Source of the DNA: an uncultured delta proteobacterium | GTDB lineage: Bacteria > Desulfobacterota > DSM-4660 > Desulfatiglandales > Desulfatiglandaceae | Direction: 5' to 3' | DNA length: 64,000 nucleotides | Assembly (NCBI GenBank): GCA_963704245.1 | Contig: CAVPHJ010000002.1 | Coordinates: 30,317 to 94,316, forward strand | In this document: positions 52,306 through 63,540 of the stretch, piece by piece | Layout of the letters: every line of letters begins with the position of its first letter | How positions within the stretch are numbered: the first letter of the stretch is position 1 | Notes under the pieces: model-generated | Told to the model about the DNA's origin: nothing | The model's database searches: none | The model's input: only the letters and a program-made list of their open reading frames with translations | Translations under genes and position numbers: made by a program

Positions 52306-52334
52306 ATCATAGCATTCCGGTAGGGTTGGTACAA
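52306..52334 (-). promoter_or_regulatory. sigma70-like promoter of COG1900 gene
   Basis: On the minus strand: TTGTAC (52334-52329), 17 nt, TATGAT (52311-52306). Confidence 0.4.
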
Positions 52335-52399
52335 GGAAAATTCAAGCCTCCGGCTGTGCGGCCGGTCTCCCCTTTGCAGGGCCGCGGCTCACGGCTTCC

Positions 52400-52428
52400 T
52401 TGACTTGGCAGCGGCGTTTGGCTATGAA
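52400..52428 (+). promoter_or_regulatory. sigma70-like promoter of kdsA-...-secG array
   Basis: TTGACT (52400-52405), 17 nt, TATGAA (52423-52428). It lies 63 nt upstream of the kdsA ATG. Confidence 0.4.
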
Positions 52429-52490
52429 TGAACCCGTCTACGGCGCCCGGATAGGCACCGGGGTTTCATCGGGCGGCGCACAGGAGGTTC

Positions 52491-53333
52491 ATGACACTGC
52501 CGGCTGGCCAGGTACAGATCGGGGATCAGACGCTCGGCCCGGGGGGACCCCTGTTCCTGATTGCCGGCCCGTGCGTCATCGAGAGCGAAGGCATCACCCT
52601 GCAGGTGGCCCGGTTTCTGCGGCGGGTGGCGGATGAATTGGAGATCCCGGTTATTTTCAAGACCTCCTATCTGAAGGCCAACCGCACCTCGCTCGAGTCC
52701 TTCCGCGGCCCCGGGCTGAAGGCCGGCCTGCGGATCATCGAGCAGGTCCGGGAAGCGACCGGGCTGCCGGTCCTTTCCGATGTCCACCGGGTGGCGGAAG
52801 TCGAGCCCGCGGCCCGGGTCCTCGATGCGCTCCAGATCCCGGCCTTCCTCTGCCGCCAGACCGATCTGGTTCTGGAAGTCGCCCGGACCGGCCTGCCGGT
52901 GAACATCAAGAAAGGGCAATTCCTCTCGCCCTGGGAGATACGGCCGGTGATCGAGAAGGTCGCCTCCACCGGGAACGGCAACCTCCTGATCACCGAGCGG
53001 GGGACCTCGTTCGGCTACCACAACCTGGTGGTGGACATGCGCTCCATCGACATCGTCCGGGGCTTTGGGTGTCCGGTGGTCTTTGACGCGACCCACAGCG
53101 TCCAGCTCCCGGGGGGCCAAGGCACGTCTTCCGGCGGGCAGCGCCAGTTCGTGGCCCCCCTGGCGCGGGCGGCGGTGGCGGCTGGCGCCGACGGGGTGTT
53201 TATGGAGGTGCATCCGGATCCCGACCGGGCCCTTTGCGACGGCCCGAACTCCCTGCCGCTGCCGGCGGTCCTTCCCCTCCTGCGCCTGCTCAAGGAGATC
53301 CACCGGCTGGTACATTCCGCCGAAACTCCCTGA
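52491..53333 (+). CDS. kdsA: 3-deoxy-8-phosphooctulonate synthase
   Basis: 280 aa. ...LFLIAGPCVIES...IFKTSYLKANRTS...FDATHSVQLPGG.... Confidence 0.9.
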   Translation: MTLPAGQVQIGDQTLGPGGPLFLIAGPCVIESEGITLQVARFLRRVADELEIPVIFKTSYLKANRTSLESFRGPGLKAGLRIIEQVREATGLPVLSDVHRVAEVEPAARVLDALQIPAFLCRQTDLVLEVARTGLPVNIKKGQFLSPWEIRPVIEKVASTGNGNLLITERGTSFGYHNLVVDMRSIDIVRGFGCPVVFDATHSVQLPGGQGTSSGGQRQFVAPLARAAVAAGADGVFMEVHPDPDRALCDGPNSLPLPAVLPLLRLLKEIHRLVHSAETP

Positions 53334-53442
53334 TTCGCTGTCCCGGCGCGCTTTCGCCGCGCCGGCAACCCGCCGGCCATGGTATGGAAGGGGCAGTGCC
53401 GGGGAACCCCGGGGTAGGGGGGCTTTCCAAGGAGGGGGTGTC

Positions 53443-53928
53443 ATGGGCCAGGACCGAACCCGCGGGATCCGCCTGCTGGTGCTGGATGTGGACGGCGTGC
53501 TGACCGACGGCCGTATCCTGCTGACCGACCGGGGTGAGGAGGCCAAAGCCTTTCACGTCAAGGACGGGCTTGGCCTCCGGATGCTGATGGAGCGCGGCGT
53601 TCAGGTGGCCCTGGTTTCCGGCCGGCGCTCGGCGGCCGTCGAGAAGCGGGCCGGGGAACTGGGCATCCGGGAGGTGCATCAGGGCGTGAGCGACAAGCAG
53701 GCGTTGTGCCGGGCCCTGCGGGAACGCGGGGGCCTGGAACGGGAGGAGGTGGCCTGCATCGGCGATGATCTGCCGGATCTGGGAATGTTCGCCGAGGCGG
53801 GGCTGCGCATCGCCGTGGCTGACGCCGCCCCCGAACTGCGCCGGGCAGCCGACCGGGTTACCGCGGCACCCGGCGGCTGCGGGGCCGTGCGCGAGGCCTG
53901 CGAGTGGCTGCTCGCAAGCCGCGGGTGA
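53443..53928 (+). CDS. kdsC: 3-deoxy-D-manno-octulosonate 8-phosphate phosphatase (HAD, KdsC family)
   Basis: The ATG at 53443 follows AAGGAGGGGG. ...IRLLVLDVDGVLTDGRI...FHVKDGLGLRML...IGDDLPDL.... Confidence 0.85.
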   Translation: MGQDRTRGIRLLVLDVDGVLTDGRILLTDRGEEAKAFHVKDGLGLRMLMERGVQVALVSGRRSAAVEKRAGELGIREVHQGVSDKQALCRALRERGGLEREEVACIGDDLPDLGMFAEAGLRIAVADAAPELRRAADRVTAAPGGCGAVREACEWLLASRG

Positions 53929-54022
53929 GCGGGGCCGGCGGGGAGAAGCCAACCCCGGCGGCAGCCAGGGGAAACAGGCCTTTACAGAACAAATCGGCAC
54001 GTTGATATACTGCGGCTAATAA

Positions 54023-54595
54023 ATGAGAAATATTATCAAAAGACACTGGCCGCTGCTCGGGGTGGCCCTGGTGCTGGCGGTGGTAGGGTCCTATGTCCTG
54101 GGGACAGGCAAGGCGGGCGTGCCGGAGTCCTTCCTGCGGGACCTCCTTTCCGGAGAGAGACTCAGCATGAAGGAGATCCGCTACACCCAGGATGATCCCG
54201 CGGCAGGGATGCGGTGGGTGCTGGATGCACGCGAAGTCCGGTTTTCCGGGGACCAGAACTCCATTTCCTTTTCCGATTTCCTGCTGCGGCTGGAGCCCGA
54301 AGACCGTCCCTGGTTCACCCTGGCCGGGAAAGAGGGCAGCTACACCCGGAGCACGGGCGAGCTGGTGCTGCGGGGAAGCCTGCAGGGAGAATCGGGCAAC
54401 GGCTACCGGGTCTACACCGAGCGGATGCAGATCAGCGAGCGAACCCGGCGCCTGCAGTCCGAGGAACCGGTGAGAATCCTCGGCCCGTTTTTCTCGGTGG
54501 CGGGACGGGGTCTGTTCGTGGATCTCGAAAATGAGCTCGTGCGGATCCTCTCCGAAGTGACCACGATCGTTGAGCGCAAATCGGTGAGCGGATGA
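54023..54595 (+). CDS. lptC: LPS export ABC transporter periplasmic protein LptC
   Basis: 190 aa with an N-terminal TM anchor and an OstA-like beta-jellyroll sequence. Position is kdsC-lptC-lptA-lptB. Confidence 0.75.
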   Translation: MRNIIKRHWPLLGVALVLAVVGSYVLGTGKAGVPESFLRDLLSGERLSMKEIRYTQDDPAAGMRWVLDAREVRFSGDQNSISFSDFLLRLEPEDRPWFTLAGKEGSYTRSTGELVLRGSLQGESGNGYRVYTERMQISERTRRLQSEEPVRILGPFFSVAGRGLFVDLENELVRILSEVTTIVERKSVSG

Positions 54596-55137
54596 TGAAG
54601 AAGCGATGTGCATTCAAGGCCGTGCTGGGAGCCCTGCTGTTTCTGCAGCTGAGCTCCGGGGCACCGGGCGCCGAGCCCGTCAAGCAGGAGACCGCGAAAA
54701 CGGGACCGGGGGCGATGGTCATCCACAGCCAGAGCCTGGAACTCAACGACAATGCCAAGGTGGTCACCTTCAGCGGGGACGTGCGGGCCACGCGGGATGA
54801 TTTCACCATCGAGTGCCAGAAAATGCAGGTCCACTACGCGCAGCTCCCCGGCCAGAAGGGCGGCGTCGAAGCGGGGCGGGGCATCGACCGCATCGAGGCC
54901 AGCGGCAAGGTGCGGATCGTGCGGGCTGAGGGAGGGACGGCCAGCGCCGAGCAGGCCGTTTACCACCAGGCGGAGGAAAAGGTGGTCCTCACCGGCAGCC
55001 CGATGGTCAAGCAGGGCAACGACTTCGTGGAGGGGGACCGCATCACCCTCTTTCTGAAGGAAAACCGCAGCGTGGTGGAGAGCGAGCAGAACCGTAAGGT
55101 GAGGGCCGTCATCTATCCCCGGGGTCAAAAGCAGTGA
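54592..55137 (+). CDS. lptA: lipopolysaccharide transport periplasmic protein LptA
   Basis: 181 aa with a signal peptide and an OstA_N-type repeat (...VTFSGDVRATRDDFTIECQKMQV...). 4-nt overlaps on both sides. Confidence 0.8.
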   Translation: MMKKRCAFKAVLGALLFLQLSSGAPGAEPVKQETAKTGPGAMVIHSQSLELNDNAKVVTFSGDVRATRDDFTIECQKMQVHYAQLPGQKGGVEAGRGIDRIEASGKVRIVRAEGGTASAEQAVYHQAEEKVVLTGSPMVKQGNDFVEGDRITLFLKENRSVVESEQNRKVRAVIYPRGQKQ

Positions 55138-55877
55138 CGCCACCGGCGCCCCAGGGTGAACTGCTGAGAGCCGAGGAGTTGGTCAAGGTCTACGACGGCA
55201 AGCGGGTGGTGGATCGGGTCAGCCTGAAGGTGAGAAGAAGGGAAATCGTGGGCCTGCTGGGCCCCAACGGAGCGGGCAAGACCACCACTTTCTACATGGT
55301 GGTGGGCCTCACGCGGCCGGAAGCGGGGCGGGTGTACCTGGACGGTTCGGACATCACCGCCGACCCCATGTACGTCCGGGCCCGGAAAGGGATTCACTAC
55401 CTGGCCCAGGAGCCGTCGGTTTTCCGCAAGCTGACGGTGGAGGAGAACCTGCTGGCGATCCTGGAAACCCTGAACCTGGCGGCGGGCGAGCGCCGCATCC
55501 TGCTGAGGAGGCTGCTGGCCGAGCTGAACATCGCCCATCTGGCAAAGCAGAGGGCCGCCTCCCTCTCGGGGGGCGAACGAAGGCGGCTGGAGATCACCCG
55601 CGCCCTGGTGACCAGACCGCGGTTCATGCTGCTGGATGAACCCTTTGCCGGAATCGACCCGCTGGCGGTGAGCGACATTCAGCAGATCATCCGGCATTTG
55701 AAGTCCCTGGGGCTGGGGATCGTCATTTCGGATCACAACGTGCGGGAGACGCTCAGCGTGTGCGATCGGGCCTATCTGATCGCTCAGGGCGCCATCCTCG
55801 AACAGGGCCCGCCGGAAAAGATCGTCGGCAGCGAGATCGCGCGGCGGGTGTATCTGGGACAGAACTTCAGTTTTTGA
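55134..55877 (+). CDS. lptB: LPS export ABC transporter ATP-binding protein LptB
   Basis: 247 aa, GTG start. GPNGAGKTT, LSGGERRRLEI, LLDEPFAGIDP. Confidence 0.9.
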   Translation: MTPPAPQGELLRAEELVKVYDGKRVVDRVSLKVRRREIVGLLGPNGAGKTTTFYMVVGLTRPEAGRVYLDGSDITADPMYVRARKGIHYLAQEPSVFRKLTVEENLLAILETLNLAAGERRILLRRLLAELNIAHLAKQRAASLSGGERRRLEITRALVTRPRFMLLDEPFAGIDPLAVSDIQQIIRHLKSLGLGIVISDHNVRETLSVCDRAYLIAQGAILEQGPPEKIVGSEIARRVYLGQNFSF

Positions 55878-55900
55878 GGAGGGTTTCGGCTCTTTAGGCC

Positions 55901-57343
55901 ATGGCGCTCGAACTCAAACAGTCGCTCAACCTGACCCAGCAGCTGATCATGACGCCTCAGCTGCAGCAGGCCATCAAGCTCCTGCAGCTCTCCAGGCTCG
56001 AGCTGCTGGATGCGATTTACGAGGAGTTGGAGATCAACCCGGTGCTGGACGAGTCCGCGGGGGAGGAGCCGGAGGAGGAGCGGCCCGCCGGAGAACCGGA
56101 GGTCCCGGCCCAGACAGAGTCCGAGGTCAAGGAGGTGACGGTCGAGGAACGAGCCCGCGAGGATGTGGACTGGGAGAGCTATCTCTCGGAATACAACACC
56201 GGCTGGGCCGAGACCGCCCGGGAGGACCGGGAGCTGCCGCAGTTGGAGAACATCACCTCCCGGAAGCCGAACCTCTCCGAGCACCTGATGTGGCAGCTGG
56301 GCGTCAGCAATGTCAGCGAGCGCCACAAGCGGATCGGCGAGCACATCATCGGGAACCTGAACGAAGACGGCTACCTGGAAGTGACCATCGAGGAACTGAT
56401 GGACCTGGTGCCGTGTTCGCAACCGGAGGCGCTCGAGGCGCTGTGGACGGTCCGCAACTTCGACCCGGCCGGGGTGGCGGCCCGCGACATGCAGGAGTGC
56501 CTGCTGCTGCAGTGCAAGTTCCAGCAGCTGGGCGGAAGCCTGGTCGAGACCATCATTGCCGAGCACCTGGCGGCCCTGGAGGCCAAGAAATACGACCAGA
56601 TCGCGAAAAAGCTGGGGGTGTCGCTGAAGGATATCCTCCAGGCGGTGAGCGTCATCCAGGGGTTGGAGCCGAAACCGGGGCGCCTGTATGCCGAGGACGA
56701 ACCCATCTACATCACCCCTGACATCTATGTGTTCAAGGTGGGGGATGACTATGAGATCGTGCTCAACGAAGATGGCCTGCCCAAGCTGCGGGTCAGCGCC
56801 TACTACCGCGAGGTTCTTTCCAACAAGGACGGCCTGCCGGATGCGGCAAAAAGCTACATCCAGGAGAAACTGCGCTCGGCGGCCTGGCTGATCAAGAGCA
56901 TCCACCAGCGGCAGAGGACCATCTATCGGGTCACGGAGAGCATCGTCCGTTTCCAGAGGGCTTTCCTGGATCATGGGATCACCCGGCTGCGACCGCTGGT
57001 GCTGCGTGACGTGGCCGAGGACATCGAGATGCACGAGTCCACGGTGAGCCGTGTGACGACCAACAAGTATGTGTACACGCCGCGGGGGGTGTTCGAGTTG
57101 AAGTTTTTCTTCAACAGCGCCATCAGCGCCACGGGCGGGGGGGAGGACGTGGCCTCGGAGAGCGTGAAGGAGCAGATCCGCAACATCATCAAGACGGAGA
57201 ACAAGACCCACCCCTACAGCGACCAGGAGATCGCCGCGCTTCTCAGAAAAATGAAAATCAAGGTGGCCAGGCGCACGGTGGCCAAGTACCGCGAGGCCAT
57301 CGGGATCCTGCCCTCCCGCAGGCGCAGGGACCCCTATGCCTAG
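55901..57343 (+). CDS. rpoN: RNA polymerase sigma-54 factor
   Basis: 480 aa. N-terminal LKQSLNLTQQLIMTPQLQQAIKLLQL and the RpoN box ARRTVAKYREA. Confidence 0.95.
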   Translation: MALELKQSLNLTQQLIMTPQLQQAIKLLQLSRLELLDAIYEELEINPVLDESAGEEPEEERPAGEPEVPAQTESEVKEVTVEERAREDVDWESYLSEYNTGWAETAREDRELPQLENITSRKPNLSEHLMWQLGVSNVSERHKRIGEHIIGNLNEDGYLEVTIEELMDLVPCSQPEALEALWTVRNFDPAGVAARDMQECLLLQCKFQQLGGSLVETIIAEHLAALEAKKYDQIAKKLGVSLKDILQAVSVIQGLEPKPGRLYAEDEPIYITPDIYVFKVGDDYEIVLNEDGLPKLRVSAYYREVLSNKDGLPDAAKSYIQEKLRSAAWLIKSIHQRQRTIYRVTESIVRFQRAFLDHGITRLRPLVLRDVAEDIEMHESTVSRVTTNKYVYTPRGVFELKFFFNSAISATGGGEDVASESVKEQIRNIIKTENKTHPYSDQEIAALLRKMKIKVARRTVAKYREAIGILPSRRRRDPYA

Positions 57344-57400
57344 AACTTGGCCGCCGCGGGCCGCCCGGTGGGCGCCTGAAACCGTTCGGGAGGAACATCG

Positions 57401-57940
57401 ATGGACATCACCGTAACGTTCAGACACATGGAACCCATGGAGAGCGTGAGGCTCTACGCCGTGGAGAAGCTCTCGAAAATCAAGAAATACCTGGACACCC
57501 CGCTGGAAGCGCACGTGGTCCTGACCGTCGAGAAGTTCAGGCATCAGGCGGACATCACCCTCAACCTCAACGGGAACCGCATCAAGGGCTTTGAGGAAAC
57601 CGAGGACATGTACTCGGCCATCGACCAGGTGATGGACAAGATCGAGATCCAGGTCAAACGGCACCTGTCGAAGATCCGGGACCGGCGCGCGGAGGCCCGG
57701 CGGGTGGGCCCGGAGCTGGCACGGGAGGTGGCCGAGGAGACGGTCGTCCAGAGCGCCGGGGAACCGGTGATCGAGGTGGAGACCATGGTGGCCAAGCCCA
57801 TGGACCCCGAGGAGGCCGCCATGCAGCTCGGCCTGTCGCGGCAGGAGTTCCTGGTCTTCCGAAACGACAAGACGCGGGAGATCAACGTGATCTACAGACG
57901 CCGGGACGGCCACCTGGGGTTGATCGAGCCGGCCGCGTGA
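57401..57940 (+). CDS. hpf: ribosome hibernation promoting factor (long form)
   Basis: 179 aa. S30AE domain plus C-terminal dimerisation domain (...FLVFRNDKTREINVIYRRRDGHLGLIEP). Confidence 0.9.
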   Translation: MDITVTFRHMEPMESVRLYAVEKLSKIKKYLDTPLEAHVVLTVEKFRHQADITLNLNGNRIKGFEETEDMYSAIDQVMDKIEIQVKRHLSKIRDRRAEARRVGPELAREVAEETVVQSAGEPVIEVETMVAKPMDPEEAAMQLGLSRQEFLVFRNDKTREINVIYRRRDGHLGLIEPAA

Positions 57941-57956
57941 GCCCGGGAAGGAATCC

Positions 57957-58421
57957 ATGAAGCTGGCGGACATGTTGCTCGAGGACAACGTCATCCCGGA
58001 GCTCAGCGCCACCGACAAGCGGGGTGTGCTCGAAGAGCTGGCCGAGGTGATTGCCGGCCACCAAACCGGCTTGGACAAGCAGGCGCTGGTCAGGGTTCTG
58101 GTGGAAAGGGAACGCCTGGGAAGCACCGGCATCGGCGATGGGGTGGCCATTCCCCACGGCAAGCTGGACAGCGTGGCGCACCCGATCATTTCCTTCGGCC
58201 GGAGCAAGAAAGGACTGGATTTCGACTCCATGGACGGGCAGCCGGCGCATCTCTTTTTCCTGCTGGTCGCCCCGGAGAGCCCCTCGGGCCTCCATCTCCA
58301 GGCGCTGGCCAAGATCGCCAAGATCCTCAAGAGCAACGCTTTCCGGCGACAGCTGATGGCGGCCGGCTCGCGGAAGAAACTCTACGAGACGATCATCCGT
58401 ACGGATGAGGAATCCGCTTGA
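57957..58421 (+). CDS. ptsN: PTS IIA-like nitrogen regulatory protein PtsN
   Basis: 154 aa. ...RERLGSTGIGDGVAIPHGKL... (phosphorylatable His). Follows rpoN-hpf. Confidence 0.85.
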   Translation: MKLADMLLEDNVIPELSATDKRGVLEELAEVIAGHQTGLDKQALVRVLVERERLGSTGIGDGVAIPHGKLDSVAHPIISFGRSKKGLDFDSMDGQPAHLFFLLVAPESPSGLHLQALAKIAKILKSNAFRRQLMAAGSRKKLYETIIRTDEESA

Positions 58422-58445
58422 ACCTATGAGCGGCAAGGGCAAGCC

Positions 58446-58846
58446 ATGATCGGGCTACTCATCATATCGCACTGCAACCTGGGGAAGGAGTTCCTGAACG
58501 CGGCCGAACTCATCCTGGGCCGACTTGAGAGGGCCGACGCCATCTCGATCTTCCAGACGGCCGTGAGCGAGGAAATCCTCAAGACCATCTCGGAGAAGAT
58601 CCGGGCCCTCGACCAGGGGCAGGGGGTTATCGTGCTGGCGGACATGCTCGGCGGGACCCCTTCCAACCTGAGCCTTTCCTTCCTGAAGGAAGGGCGGGTG
58701 GAGGTTCTGACGGGCGTCAATCTGCCCATGGTGGTGGCGGTGGCCCAGGACCGGGAGCGCCTGAGCCTGGCGGAACTGGGGAAAAAGGCCCACGAACAGG
58801 GCCGCCGGAGCATCACGCTGGCCAGCCACCTGCTGGAGGCGGGCTG

Positions 58847-58847
<1 letters not shown>
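58446..58847 (+). CDS. PTS EIIA component, mannose family
   Basis: 133 aa. MIGLLIISHCNLGKEF... (active-site His10 context) ...LADMLGGTPSN.... Confidence 0.75.
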
Positions 58848-60396
<1,549 letters not shown>

Positions 60397-60436
60397 GATG
60401 CGGCGGGCGCTGCAGAAGAGTTGAGGAGCAAAGAGC

Positions 60437-61207
60437 ATGGGAAAACGCAAGCCTCTGATTGCAGGGAACTGGAAGATGAACCTCGACCTGGGTGAGTCGG
60501 AGCAGCTCGTCCGGGGGATCGCCGAAGCGATCCGGAACTGGGAGGCGGGCGAGGTCCTGGTGGCGCCCCCCTTCACGGCCCTAGGCGCGGTGAAGGCCGC
60601 CATCGGCGCGGCGCGCATCCTGCTGGCAGCCCAGAACATGCACTGGGAACGGAGCGGCGCCTACACCGGCGAAATCTCGGGACGTATGCTGCGGGAGGCC
60701 GGCTGCACCCACGTGATCCTGGGGCACTCGGAAAGGAGAACCCTTTTCCACGAAACCAGCGCCGTGGTCAATCGCAAGGTTCAAGCGGCGGGAGAGGCGG
60801 GATTGACCCCCATCGTATGCGTAGGGGAAACCATCGAGCAGCGCGAGGCCGGCGCGACCTTCCGCATTCTGGAGCAGCAGCTGGACGAGTCCCTGCGCAC
60901 CTTCAAGGATTCCGGGCGCATGCCGCCGTCCACCATCCTGGCCTATGAACCGGTGTGGGCGATCGGCACCGGTCACACGGCCAGCCGGGAGCAGGCCCAG
61001 GAGGTGCATCGCTTCATCCGCGACTGGATCGCCGGCCATTTCAGCGCGGAGGCGGCTGAAAGCGTGCGTATCCTGTACGGCGGCAGCGTGAAGCCGGAGA
61101 ACATCCGCGAACTGATGGGCATGCCGGACCTGGACGGTGCCCTGGTGGGCGGCGCCAGCCTGAAGGCGGATTCGTTTGCGGGCATCATCCGGTTCGACCG
61201 CGGCTGA
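60437..61207 (+). CDS. tpiA: triose-phosphate isomerase
   Basis: 256 aa. ...PLIAGNWKMN...ILGHSERR...AYEPVWAIGTG.... Confidence 0.9.
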   Translation: MGKRKPLIAGNWKMNLDLGESEQLVRGIAEAIRNWEAGEVLVAPPFTALGAVKAAIGAARILLAAQNMHWERSGAYTGEISGRMLREAGCTHVILGHSERRTLFHETSAVVNRKVQAAGEAGLTPIVCVGETIEQREAGATFRILEQQLDESLRTFKDSGRMPPSTILAYEPVWAIGTGHTASREQAQEVHRFIRDWIAGHFSAEAAESVRILYGGSVKPENIRELMGMPDLDGALVGGASLKADSFAGIIRFDRG

Positions 61208-61276
61208 TGCTTTTTGCTTGAAAAATTCTGCGGATGGATTAGGATATCAGCCGGTTCGGGTAAAGGAGTTGCTTGC

Positions 61277-61621
61277 ATGACTTTGATCATCATCGCCTTA
61301 CATGTGGTTGTCTGCGTGGCCCTGATCTTGATCGTCCTGCTGCAGCGCGGTAAAGGCGCTGACATGGGCGCGGTTTTCGGCGGCTCCAGCCAGACGATTT
61401 TCGGCAGCGCCGGAGCCACGCCGTTTCTGCACAAGGTGACCACCATTGTGGCCGTTGTGTTCATGTTTACCTCCCTGGGGCTTTCCTTTCTGTACGGCAA
61501 GGGATCCCGGAGTTCGGTGATGGAAGGCCTCAGCGCGCCGCCGGCGGCCACGGAGACCGCACCGGTTGCCACCGAGAACCCGTCGGCCGCCCCGTCCGGG
61601 GAGGCTCCGGCCAGTCAGTAA
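61277..61621 (+). CDS. secG: preprotein translocase subunit SecG
   Basis: The ATG at 61277 follows AAAGGAG. MTLIIIALHVVVCVALILIVLLQRGKGADMGAVFGG... The tpiA-secG-tRNA-Leu order is conserved. Confidence 0.85.
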   Translation: MTLIIIALHVVVCVALILIVLLQRGKGADMGAVFGGSSQTIFGSAGATPFLHKVTTIVAVVFMFTSLGLSFLYGKGSRSSVMEGLSAPPAATETAPVATENPSAAPSGEAPASQ

Positions 61622-61637
61622 TCCGCCGAAAACGCGT

Positions 61638-61724
61638 GCCGAAGTGGTGGAAATTGGTAGACACGCTATCTTGAGGGGGTAGTGGGCTACGCCCGTGCGG
61701 GTTCAAGTCCCGCCTTCGGCACCA
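61638..61724 (+). tRNA. tRNA-Leu (anticodon GAG)
   Basis: Acceptor GCCGAAG/CTTCGGC, anticodon stem CTATC/GGTAG, loop TTGAGGG, long variable arm, T-arm GCGGGTTCAAGTCCCGC, encoded CCA. Confidence 0.9.
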
Positions 61725-61738
61725 GCTGAAAGCATGGA

Positions 61739-61770
61739 GGGGTTATCCGTCTGCCGGATACCCCTTTTTA
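61739..61770 (+). terminator. rho-independent terminator after tRNA-Leu
   Basis: GGGGTTATCCG tctgc CGGATACCCC followed by TTTTTA. It abuts the stop of the convergent DUF2294 gene. Confidence 0.7.
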
Positions 61771-62223
61771 CGTCGGGCCGGGATCCAGACCGGGCGCCTG
61801 TCCGGTGCACGCCAGGGCGCTCTCCAGGTCCCGGGCCAGGGTGAAGATGATGAACCGCTCGCCCGTCCGGGTGCTGATGTCGGTGTGAAGGCTGACCGGC
61901 GGGATGCCGGTCAGCCCCCGGATCATGTCGAGCAGCATCCGCTGCGCGTTCTCCAGCAGTTTCGTCCTCACCTGCTTGATGAGGTGAATGCCTTCGTCGT
62001 CCACGGCCAGGTGTTTCTCGGCGGGGGTGAGGACCCCTGTCAGACGGACCAGCACGATGTCCTGCAGGATGCGGGTCCGGGCCTCCAGCGGCCCGCGGCC
62101 CATGTGCTCCTTTTCAAAGGCGACCAGGGCGCTGCTGATCTCGGCTTCCAGCTGGCCCTTGGTCAGGGTCACCGGCCGCCCGGTTCCCTTCCTGGTCTTT
62201 GTCACGCGGCTCGGCACATCCAT
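61768..62223 (-). CDS. DUF2294 domain-containing protein
   Basis: The start is taken as the ATG at 62223 (MDVPSRV...). ...TKGQLEAEISSALVAFEKEHMGRGPLEARTRILQDIVLVRLTGVLTPAEKHL... is the DUF2294 pattern. The track start at 62325 is possible. Confidence 0.65.
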   Translation of the reverse strand: MDVPSRVTKTRKGTGRPVTLTKGQLEAEISSALVAFEKEHMGRGPLEARTRILQDIVLVRLTGVLTPAEKHLAVDDEGIHLIKQVRTKLLENAQRMLLDMIRGLTGIPPVSLHTDISTRTGERFIIFTLARDLESALACTGQAPGLDPGPT

Positions 62224-62367
62224 GGCGTTGTCCGGTTTCCCGCCAGCGCGCTGGCGGCGAGTCCAGGGGGTTGGGCTTTGCGACCCGCATACTACACTCC
62301 CTGAGGAGAATTCTGCAAGGCTCATGTGGGACAGCGGATCAGCCGGCAGAGACCCGGGCGGGAAATG

Positions 62368-62417
62368 AAAAAGCCTCGGCCCGGAAGTCCCGCAGGACTC
62401 GCCCGGGAGAGGCTTTT
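62368..62417 (-). terminator. hairpin terminator after HMGL-like gene
   Basis: AAAAAGCCTC ... GAGAGGCTTTT with an inner GC-rich stem. A T5 run follows on the minus strand. Confidence 0.5.
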
Positions 62418-62436
62418 CGTTCAGCGGACGGCGACC

Positions 62437-63456
62437 TTATTTGCGGCCGGTAAGCGACTTGGGAATCCGCCCGGTATGCACGCACTCCGAGCGCAGGCGG
62501 CGGCCGATGATGCGCTCGAACATCCGGCCGATCTCCAGGATCTTGTCCACGTCCACGCCGGTGTCGATTCCCATCTCGTCCATCATCACCACCATGTCCT
62601 CGGTGGGGACCAGCCCGACGATGCTGGGATCCTGGTAATAGTAGTCCCCGGTCCCGGCCACCGGCACCCCGTCCACGAAATTGGCCGGCTGTCCGCCCAG
62701 TCCTCCCAGGGTGGACTCGAAGTGGGTGATGCCGGCCTGCAGCGAGGCCAGCACATTGGCCTGGCCCCACCCGCGGGTGGTGTGGAAATGGGCGATGTGC
62801 AGAGCGGGGTCGGGAAGGGCGTCCAGGATCATGGAGAAATACTCGTAGACCTTGCTGGGCGGCGCGGAACCGTCATGGTCGGCGTGCTCGATATCATCGG
62901 CGCCGATGTCCAGCCAGCGCCGGGTGAACTCCACCGCCTTCTGCAGCTCGGTGGGGCCGGCGATCGGACAGCCCCAGATGGTGCTCACCGTGCCGCAGAC
63001 CTTCATTCCCACATCGTGGGCTTGCGGGATGTATTTGGCGCACATGGCCCAATAGTCCTTCAGGGAAAGGCCGGAATTCTTCTTGTGGTGCGCCTCGCTG
63101 GTGCTGACCATGAAAAGGATCCGGTCCGGACCCCAGCCCTGCTTGCGGGCCTCGATGGCCCGCTCAACCGCCTTTTCGCGGATGGTCACGGTGGTGATTT
63201 CCACGTCCTTCAGCCGCTGTCCGACGGTCCGGCTGCCCCGGATTCCCCGCATCAGCTCATCGGCATCCTTGAACTGGGGCATGCCGGCCGGGTTCCCGAA
63301 ATTGGTCAGCTCAACCCGCTTGAAACCGGCCAGGATCAGCTGCTCGGCCAGCCACAGCTTGGCAGCCGTGGGGATGACTTTTTCCTCATGCTGCAGTCCG
63401 TCCCGGACCGTGATATCTCCCAACACGACCTTTCTCGGATACTTCAACTCAGCCAT
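62437..63456 (-). CDS. HMGL-like (DRE-TIM metallolyase / hydroxymethylglutaryl-CoA lyase family) protein
   Basis: 339 aa. ...LGDITVRDGLQHE... (DRE motif region) ...HFHTTRGWGQANVLASLQAG... GAGGAGGAA RBS. Confidence 0.75.
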   Translation of the reverse strand: MAELKYPRKVVLGDITVRDGLQHEEKVIPTAAKLWLAEQLILAGFKRVELTNFGNPAGMPQFKDADELMRGIRGSRTVGQRLKDVEITTVTIREKAVERAIEARKQGWGPDRILFMVSTSEAHHKKNSGLSLKDYWAMCAKYIPQAHDVGMKVCGTVSTIWGCPIAGPTELQKAVEFTRRWLDIGADDIEHADHDGSAPPSKVYEYFSMILDALPDPALHIAHFHTTRGWGQANVLASLQAGITHFESTLGGLGGQPANFVDGVPVAGTGDYYYQDPSIVGLVPTEDMVVMMDEMGIDTGVDVDKILEIGRMFERIIGRRLRSECVHTGRIPKSLTGRK

Positions 63457-63540
63457 TTGTTCCTCCTCTGTTTTCGCTATGGCCCGCCAGGCCCCGGGGT
63501 TCCCATGGACAGACGCTTTTCCCTGGGGAAACCGGATCGC

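Noticed and set aside
49202-52330. Genomic island inserted at tRNA-Cys (hydrolase, NTase pair, COG1900 gene).
   Set aside because: There is no integrase, and I found no repeat of the tRNA 3' end by eye downstream. Composition is not obviously different from the flanks. Only the NTase pair looks accessory.
52407-52422. Sigma-54-type promoter TGGCAG-N5-TTTGG upstream of kdsA, and TGGAAT-N3-TTGCA at 33072-33086.
   Set aside because: In the first, the -12 element lacks the GC dinucleotide. In the second, the GG-to-GC spacing is 10 instead of 12. The sigma70-like TTGACT-N17-TATGAA reading fits the first site better.
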